From the human T2T-CHM13v2.0 reference genome, Homo sapiens, in NCBI RefSeq assembly GCF_009914755.1, contig NC_060925.1: a DNA stretch of 64,000 bases, one strand, 5' to 3'. Every line of letters begins with the position of its first letter. The first letter of the stretch is position 1. Of this stretch, positions 55,182 through 64,000 are shown piece by piece. Position numbers and translations under genes: made by a program. A model generated the notes under the pieces. That model was not told the origin of the DNA. It saw only the letters and a program-made list of their open reading frames with translations, and ran no database searches.

Positions 55182-55792
55182 TTTTCTTTTTCTTTGAGAC
55201 AAAGTTTCGTTCTGTCACCCAAGCTGGAGTACAGTGATGTGATCATGGCTCACTGCAATCTCGAACCTCCCAGCCTCAAGAGATCCTACCACCTCAGCCT
55301 CCTGACTAGCTGAGACTTTAAACACCTGCCACCATGCTCGGCTAATTTTTTTTTTTTTTTTATTTTTTGTAGAGACATCTCCCTCTGTTGCCCCGACTGG
55401 TCTTGAACTCCTGGGCTCAAGTGATCTTCTTGCCTTGGTCTTTCAAAGTGTTGGAATTACAGGTGTGAGCTATTGTGCCCAGTCAAATAGGGATAATCAC
55501 ATTTTATTTTTTGAAACAGAATCTCACTCTGTCATCCAGCTGGAGTACAGTGGCATGATCACAGCTCATGGCAACTTTGACCTCCCAGGCTCAAGCAATC
55601 TTCCTGCCTCAGCCTTTGGAGTAGCTGAGACCACAGGTACATGCCACTACACCTGGCTAATTTTTGTATTTCTTTAGAGACTGGGTCTTGCCATGTTGCC
55701 CAGGCTGGTCTCAAACTCCTGGGCTCAAGTGATTCTCTCACCTCAGCCTCCGAAAGTGTTGGGATTACAGGTGTGAGCCACTGTGCTGGGCA
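55182..55792 (-). mobile_element. Two tandem AluJ SINEs (55182-55481, 55502-55792)
   Basis: Two diverged reverse-complement Alu dimers. Confidence 0.9.
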
Positions 55793-55938
55793 GAAATGTG
55801 TATCTTCAAAACAATACCTGGTGAAATGACTGCGGATTCATATCAATGAATGAATGAAATTTAAATAAAATAACATGTGGTAGTTAACTTAAAATTAAGC
55901 CATGGATTAAGGAGATAAAATTAATTTTTAATTCCTCA

Positions 55939-56315
<377 letters not shown>

Positions 56316-56458
56316 TTAGTCCTAGTTAAATAAATATTTTTAAAAATATTTGTGCCCATGTATAAGTGTTAAAGAATACTCTATTTCTCCAAATAATTAT
56401 AAAGGATTTTTTCTTTATTTTTAAAATATGTTTTTAAAATTTGTATAATTTAAAAAAA

Positions 56459-56570
56459 TTTTTTTTTAAGATAGAGACAGGGTCTTGCTGTGTTGTCCAG
56501 GCTGGTCTTGAACTCCTTGGCTCAAGCAATCCTTCTGCCTCAGCCTCCCAAAGTGCTGGGATTACCACAG
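56459..56570 (-). mobile_element. FLAM_C / Alu monomer
   Basis: Single reverse left arm. Confidence 0.85.
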
Positions 56571-57366
56571 CACCTGTCCCAATTTTCTTTAACATAGATA
56601 AAATCACCACTCGCAGGACTCAACTAGTTTACATTCCTCTTTGACCTATGAAATGTGATATATGTTTTCCATATCAAGTTTGAATAAAATTATCAATCAA
56701 AGACTCCATAAGCATGTGTAACTTAGCCCAGTTGCTCCCAACCACCAGATGGTGAGGGTCTAGGATGACATTTCACTGCTTTCTGGCAAAATGGGAAAAA
56801 TGAGGGCAACAAAGCAGTGATGAAGCAAGGGTTGGCAGGAGTAGTCCACCCTGGGGAAGGGGCAGTATTTTCTCACTGACGTTGTTTGGAACTGCCTGTT
56901 TATGGTGATAACAAAAAGCAGACAAACTATTAGTGGATTCTATTATTGTTTTAAAATGATCTACAGAAGATGCAATGCTGTTTTGCCTGTGCCTGAAGTG
57001 GACTGCTTCGACCATCATGCCTTTGGCATGCAATAGCAATAAAGTGAGCTTCAGGTAAAGCTGAATTTATTCAGTTGAAGAGACAGTCCATTATTCTGTG
57101 ATAAAATGCTGTTGGTGATTAAATGTCCTTTTAAAACAAAACGATGATGATGGGAAACAAATTTTTCTAATGTCTTCATTTGTTAAATTTTAAAAACTTT
57201 ATCATTGTGTCTATCCCTGAAGTGGGTTTTATTACTGTTTAGTTTTTTTTTTTTTTTTGAAATGTTCCAGGTCTGTGAAATGTCAAATCTGACAACAGCT
57301 TGACAAAAATTAATCAAGAGAACAACTTGACTTAATGGAGAGTGCACAGTGTTTTTTGGCTCAGAA

Positions 57367-57850
57367 CAGTGGCTCTCCAAGTGTGGTACTCTAAACCAAT
57401 AGCATCAGCACTAACTGGGAACTTGTTAGAATGCAAATTCTCAGGCTCTATCTCAGGTCTACTGAACTAGACACTGGGGGGTACAGCCCAGCAATCCGTA
57501 TTTTTAAAAAGCCCAGCCAGGCATGGTGGCTCACACCTGTAATTTCCAACACTTTGAGAGACCAAGGTGGGACGATTGCTTGAGCCCAGGAGTTCTAGAG
57601 CAGCCTGGGCAACACAGGGGGACCCTGTCTCTACAAAAAAAAATTAGTGGGGCATGACGGTGCATGCCTGTGGTCCTAGCTGCTAGGGAGGCTGAGGAGG
57701 GATCACTTGAGCCTGGGAGGTCGAGGTTGCAGTGAGCTGTGATCATGCCACTACATTCCAGCCTGGGTGACAGAGTGAGACTCTGTCTCAAAAAAATTAA
57801 AAAAAAAATTAAAAAGCCATCCAGGAATTGTGCTACTGTTTGAGAACCAT
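57367..57850. mobile_element. MER5A interrupted by an AluJ (57515-57815, + strand)
   Basis: cagtggctctccaagtgtggt..gggaacttgttagaatgcaaattctcagg before the Alu and tttgagaacca after it; TSD aaaaagcc. Confidence 0.85.
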
Positions 57851-59330
57851 TTCCCAGGGAATAGGTAGAGAAGATGCAAAAAGTGCTGAGACAAAATGCC
57901 TGGAGATTCTTAAATGCCCCCTGTAAGGTCACTTTTAGTCCAATGATTGTGTCTATTTATTTTATATGGATTTTCCATAGTTATTAATTAACCAATTTAT
58001 ACAAAATAAATTAATCTAAAATAATCCTAGAGTCTTCGGCAAATGATTTTATAAGTGCCTATATAAAGTGGGATAAATTATATTAAATACAGTTCTTAAG
58101 TCATTAAGCTTGTTACTTTTCAGATTCAGAAGGCAGCCTATCTGAAGAAAGGTGGAGCTGGCACTGTACTTGAGAAACAGAAAGACCTATGAACCTGTAA
58201 CTCCCTTTGAATCTAGCAATGAACTTATGCCCCACTATGACGGGATATAGGAGGGAATGTGAAATTGCTCCTTATCCAAGATTCTTTTATCTGAGAAAAC
58301 AACCAATGCTGATGAAATACTAACTGGGCCATAAAGAATTACAATTTGATAGCTTAAGGCCTCTTATATTATCATGATGTTTTTACGATGAATGTAGAGA
58401 CTTCTGAAATATCAGGTTTGAGAAGGAAGAAAAGAATCCATGCAAACCATTCGCTTTCCACATGCACATATTTCAGGTTTTACTTGAATAAACAGCAATG
58501 AAAGAAGATGCTGGTGGACGTGGCCTTTTTAATTGATACATAATAATTGTTCACATTTTTGGGATGCTGCAGTGGACTTTTCTGGCAACTGGCAGGTGGA
58601 GGGAATGGTGAGATGTGGTACTTGAAAGTGGGGCTCACTCTCATCAGGTCATTGAGACATTTCCGCCACATAAAGAGAGAGAGGGTATGGAGGTGCACTG
58701 TCCCCATTCATGATATATTCCCACATGCATTTACTCAACAGACTAAAAGCCTGCAATATGTTAGCAGCTGGAGATACAAAAGTCCCTTATAAGCCCAGGT
58801 CCTCAAGGCACTTACACAACCCACAGGGAGAATGACAAGAGTTGGTCCCCTGTACACCTCTGAGCCACATGACCATGCCAAATGGTGAGTGCAGATTTGA
58901 TGAACCTGCAGATAACTATTTTAAGCTGCAAGAAACCCAGGGCCTCTGCCCTTGTTACCCTCAGCATCCATGCAATACATGCATACCACATATCTCAGGC
59001 CTCTCCTCCTCCCTGGGAGGGCAAATGGCAGCCTTCACATTGAGACTTCCCCCCAAAAAATCTGGGTAATCAATCAGGTCATGGCTGGCTCCTTCCACAG
59101 AAGCCACAGATTCCCCCATTCAGAGACTGGAGTTCCCTTGGAAGTGTAACAACCCTTGGCTACAATTAAATCCATCTAGAGAGGCTATTGATCCTTTCAA
59201 AGTTAAGAGGCTGCTGCTGCTTCCAACTGTCAGTTAAGTCCTGAAAGCAAAACAATCCCTTTGCTGGCCTTCTCACAGGGTCTAGGCTTTCCTCAAAAGC
59301 AGAACCAAAGCCGACTTCGAAGAAGTCTGG

Positions 59331-59512
59331 TGTATGTCTTCTTTTGAGAAGTGTCTGTTCATGTCCTTTTTGATGGAGGTTTTTTATCTTTTTGGTAAAT
59401 TTGTTTAAGTTTTGTATAAGTGCTGGATATTAGACCTTTGTGAGATGCACAGTTTGCCCAAATTTTCTCCCATTCGATAGGTTGTCTGTTTACTATGTTG
59501 ATAGGTTCTTTT
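59331..59512 (-). mobile_element. Internal L1 ORF2 fragment
   Basis: tatgtcttcttttgagaagtgtctgttcatgtcc..tggatattagacctttgt.agatg..ttttctcccattc..taggttgtctgtttac. Confidence 0.85.
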
Positions 59513-59554
59513 ACAAGTTTTAAAAAAGTCTGGTGTGCCCCTACTCACTGGGAC

Positions 59555-60145
59555 AGTGGTTTCTAAATGCTAGTTTAACTATCAGCCATATCAGAATATC
59601 AGAATCACCTGCAACATAAAATACAGTAGTGCCCCCTTATAAGTGGGGAATATGTTCCAGTTCCCCCAGTGGATGCCTGAAACTGTGGATAGTACCGAAC
59701 TCTATCTATACTACGTTTTTCCATATGTATGAGAGATAAAGTTTAATTTATAAATTAGGCACAGTAAGAGATTAACAATAAAATAGCATAATTATAACAA
59801 TATACTGTAATATTTCCTCATACTACTCAGAACGGCATACAATTTAAAACTTTTTATTTTTTAATTTTTGCAACCCTGCTCTTTAAGGTACCATACAATT
59901 TAAAACTTATAAATTGTTTATTTCTGGAATTTTCCATTTTATATTTTTGGGCCATGGTTGACCATGGGTAACTGAAGCTGTGGAAAGTGAAACCATGAAT
60001 AACGGGGCTCTACTCTATAGATATAAGGAGCTCATACCAGACCTCCTTAACCAGAATCTTCTATAATAGGGCTCTAGGCTTACATAGTTAAAAAAAACTC
60101 TATAGGTGATTTTAATGCATGCCATTGATTGGGAACCGCTGCACT
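59555..60145. mobile_element. MER5B-like element interrupted by MER2 (about 59624-60015)
   Basis: cagtggtttctaaa..cagaatcacctg, then MER2 TIR cagtagtgcccccttat, then ccagacct..ggtgattttaatgca..gggaaccgctg. Confidence 0.75.
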
Positions 60146-60149
60146 AGGA

Positions 60150-60335
60150 CGGTAGTTCTCAAATTTCATGGGCATCAGAAGCACCTGGAGGGCTTGTTAA
60201 AGCACAGATTCCTGGGTCAAATCCCCGAGTTGCTAAGCAGCTGGCCTACAGTGGACCCCGAGAATTTCATTTCCCCTAAGTTCTCAGGTGATGCAGCTGT
60301 TCTGGAGCAGGGGAGGACACATAAGAACCACTGCA
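60150..60335. mobile_element. MER5A hAT element
   Basis: gttctcaaa..gcatcagaagcacctggagggcttgttaaagcacagatt..agaaccactg. Confidence 0.8.
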
Positions 60336-60399
60336 CTAGGGATTAGCTAGGGCCAGTTCCATTGGAAGCCTGTTTACTAGCTAAATGCCTCTTGACCAC

Positions 60400-60935
60400 C
60401 TGGAGAAGATACTGCTTTTTACCTTTCCAACATTCATTCTCCCTTTCTTCCTTCTAACAGTATCTTGATTTTTGCTAGTGGGAGCAATGTTCCCAAGTAA
60501 CAGAACTACATTTACTCACTTCCTTTCTAAAAAGGGGCGGCCACAGTACTAAATCCCAGCAACAACAAAAATCATAACCTGAAGCTGTTGGGTGAGGGCT
60601 CTGGTTTTTGGAAAAGCTTAAAGGTGGGCGAGGGAGGAAGTGTTAGCTCAGCTGGCATTCTTCGCCTTTTGCCCTCACTCTTCTTTCTTTATGCCTGGAA
60701 AAAAGAAGTGATAACTCGAGTTCTGACAACCATTCTGTGGCAACAAGGCAAAAAGCACATACTAAAGATGATGACGGTACCAAGGAGGAGGAGACTGGGT
60801 GACTGATGGTATTACGGAGTTGCCATACCAGTCCCACATGCCTACCTTCAGATCTCAAATTATGGGGCGGAAAAATAAAAGTTCTCATTTTTAAAGATGA
60901 TTTTAAGGTCTCTATTTACTAGTGACCAGAAAATT
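60400..60935 (+). mobile_element. MLT1-type (MaLR) LTR remnant
   Basis: cattctccctttcttccttctaacag..actacattt..ggagttgccataccag..cctaccttcaga..aataaa. Confidence 0.55.
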
Positions 60936-61059
60936 AATTATTAATTTGTCACACCCCAACCCACCAACATGGAGGCCATTATATTCACCTCTTTTCTCCG
61001 ATCCTGCTATTCTCACATGGCTCTGAGATTCTTCTTCCCTTCCCCAATCTCTAACTATT

Positions 61060-62830
61060 CCTATTGCTTTCTGCAGAACTTCAGTGCCATTGTAAACTCC
61101 CTTGAAACTTGAATCTCTTCATAGGCCTCTTAGCCTTAAATGAAACTTGGATATCCCCTAAGGGCATCAATTCCTTGGAGTCCGCAGGATAAGAATCTCT
61201 GGCCAGGAGGGTAGGAGTAGTTCTATCCTTTGTCCCAGTGCTACTTTAAGACCTCCTCCCCTTATATATGAACTCCTGACTTTTTGAGGCTTATGCCATC
61301 TGGCTAGATCTTTTCTCCTTGTTGCTGTCACACCTTTGGTTCACAAACTTCCCTAGTTTGTGAAAGACTTCAGAATTTGAGTCACCATTTTCTTCTCCAC
61401 CCTACCTCCTAACCATGATCCTAGGTGATTTCAATGCCACTCAACATGAAAGCTTCTCTCAGTTCCTAGACTTACATATCTCTAGTGACTGATACTGATC
61501 TCCACTCCACACTGGCTACCTCCTTCCATGGCCACACCCTGAATCATATCATCCATTACCATGGAAAGCTCCACTTCTGAAGTGTACAGTGACACAGCTC
61601 TTTCCCTGTTATTCCTGGGGTCTCTGTAGGTACCTTAGAAAAGCATTCGGTCCCTTGGCCCATCTACTTTATCCCTTTCTTCAAGCACCTCCTGCCATCA
61701 CATCTTTCCTTGTTTATAACTTCAACTATAGTTGCTAACATCCTCAATTATCTTTCCTCATCGTACCCTCCTGTAAAAACCTCACCCCTGGGCCAAACTG
61801 TTCACCAGAAAATAATAACACCATAATACATGTAATCTCCTAAATCAACTGAATTGTAAATACAACCCATAAATATATATTCTGTCATCAGCACTTTCTC
61901 CATGGCCACTTCAAACTTTGTCTACTATCTCTTATTCAAGACTCCTGGTACTAGATGTTTTGGAATTTACAATAATAATCTGGAATATATAGTATATATT
62001 ATATAATACTCCAAGGGGTCTGGGAAGTCACTCATCATCAAATACATTAATATTTTTACAGCAGTGTGAAGAGTCACACTAAATAGGTTAAATAAAAATG
62101 ATATACATTAAATGTTTTGTCAAGCTACTGAAACAAAACTGTTTAATGATACACAACTTGATATAAGACAGGTTAGGTTTTACCATTAAACTTATGAAAA
62201 AACTTTGGTTTTCAGACATTTTTAGATTATTAGATTTTGGTAACACAGATAAAGATGGTACTATCACGTTTGCTTGGGGATAGGCATTAATCTGGATTCA
62301 TTCCCACAGGCTACCTTTCACATCCAATTAGTCTCTGAGGCTTTCTGTTCTACCCCACTAAATGTCTTTTGAAGCTCACTGCTTCTGGCTATCCCTTCTG
62401 CCATAGCAATTCAGGAAACCAGAATTTTCTCCTGAATTACTTAATAGACTTCTACCTAGTCTCTGTCCCCCTAGACTCCACCCACTTGTTTCCCTGCCTG
62501 ACCCCAGGGCCCTTTCATCTGTTCTCTATACTGCAGCCAGAGTGACCTCTATAACACAGGTATCATTGTGCTATTCCCCTGAGTAAAACATTTATTTGGA
62601 TCCCTAATGGCCTCAAGATGAAGTTCAGTTGTCTTAATATGACTTTACGAGGCCCCTGCTGATGTTTCCAGCTTTATCTCTTGCCATTTTCTACCTCCTG
62701 GTCAAAGCCCCAGTCTTACTGCACTATTTTTAGATCTCTAAGAGAAAGCTGTTTGCTTTTGTATTTGTACAAGTTGTTCCCTCTTTGACAATGTACTACT
62801 AAAAATCACAACTCTTCTTCTTTCAAGATA
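61060..62830 (+). mobile_element. Fragmented L2 LINE with a nested DNA-transposon remnant (about 61945-62265)
   Basis: Pyrimidine-rich L2-like words (gccttaaatgaaacttgg, cctaggtgatttcaatg, catggccacaccct, actgcagccagagtga). Approximate. Confidence 0.55.
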
Positions 62831-63050
62831 GAAGCTAAAACTAAAGATAAATTATGAGTGTCAGTATGTGCAGAGGCCTGCGTTAATCACGGCCAAGAAA
62901 TTGGGGCCTGTCCAATCATCTTAGTCACCATGCACCTATGTTTATTTCTGATTAATCCTTGATTCACTATTTTTTCCCCCAGAGTGTACCAGAATAAGAA
63001 TCCATGCAGAAGTAATTATGTATCCAAATTCAGATTTGATCAACTACTTA

Positions 63051-63793
63051 TGAAACTGACTTTGCAAAGATTATGACAGTGAGAGGAGTCTAGCATAGCT
63101 GACTCCATCTTGCTTCTGGCCTCACAGACTGGCTGTCTTCACTCATTCCTGGGTGTCAGCCAAGCTCACCATGAGAGGAACTTAGTCTATAGTTTAACCT
63201 GAAAACAAGAACTAACCCCTTCCTGGCTAGGGAACTGAAAACTGTCTTTGTAAAACTAATGAAAAGCCACAATATTAATATTATGGGAGGGGCCTGAATG
63301 CTGCTAAAATGTAGACCTAGGTTCTATAATGCTTTACTGCTCAGGGGTCATGTGGTCCAGAGGTCACAAGATTTGTGATCTCCCCAATTGATCCCATAGG
63401 TAACATCACTATCGTAAAACCTAAGATTGGTCTTTTGAGATGTTTTTTTTAGATATGCATTCCGGCAACCGATGGACCTCACCTTGACCCTGACTTATGA
63501 CTCAACTGATCCTGTGGCCCCACCCAGAGGTAGACTCAGCACAAGAGGACCGTTTTCTACATCTCTATGATTTCATCCCCAGTCAGTCAGCAGTACACAC
63601 TTCCTAGCCCTTGCCCACCAAATTGTCCATAAAAACCTTAACCTTTGATCCTTTGGGGAGACTGATTTGAGTAATAATTCCATCTCTTATGTGGGCGGCC
63701 TCTTGTCAATTAAAATGGTAACTTCAATACCACAGTCTTGGTGAACTGATTTTCTCTGTGCAGGGGGCAGGAAGAACCCGTTGGGCAATTAAA
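63051..63793 (+). mobile_element. Solo ERV1 LTR, LTR8A/LTR8B-like
   Basis: Starts tgaaactgactttgcaaagattatgacagtgagag..gactccatcttgcttct and ends gaagaacccgttgggcaattaaa; 4-bp TSD CTTA on both sides. Confidence 0.85.
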
Positions 63794-64000
63794 CTTATAC
63801 ATACAATTAAATATTTTATATGCTTCTTAAAATTTTATAATCACAAAAGTGGTATCACCAAGTTACAGAACATTTAGAAAAAAAAAAACAGGAAAGACCT
63901 ATGTTTTCATCATCCTATAAAATATTTGCTATACATAACTGTCTCCTGAAAGGTAAGCTCTGTGAAGATAAGAGCCACATGTATTCTGTTTACTGCTGTG

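Overview
Human (primate) genomic DNA, recognisable as the ATP1B1/NME7 locus (chr1q24). It holds the complete ATP1B1 gene (Na+/K+-ATPase beta-1, + strand). I assembled six coding exons by hand (8311-8407, 12851-12979, 26364-26519, 28704-28888, 31490-31570, 32773-33036), giving 912 nt or 303 aa plus stop. The gene has a CpG-island promoter, a non-canonical GC-AG intron 4 and a 3' UTR with several poly(A) signals. The last exon of NME7 (- strand, ...VQYFFKILDN*) overlaps the ATP1B1 3' end tail-to-tail, with back-to-back AATAAA signals. The rest of the window (about 34.3-64 kb) is the repeat-rich last intron of NME7 (Alu, MIR, L2, L1, MER DNA transposons, LTRs). The most unexpected element is a GC-rich piece of about 1 kb at 52.4-53.4 kb that the ORF track misses. 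It contains three decayed, phase-compatible exons with their introns, encoding a SEA-domain-like peptide that resembles, from memory, the C-terminal region of rodent taste receptor cell protein 1 (Trcg1). It looks like a captured genomic fragment with hairpin-scarred junctions. Several other templated-insertion or template-switch scars and a 22-nt tRNA-Glu 5' fragment are also visible. Repeat family names and boundaries are by eye and approximate; no database searches were run.
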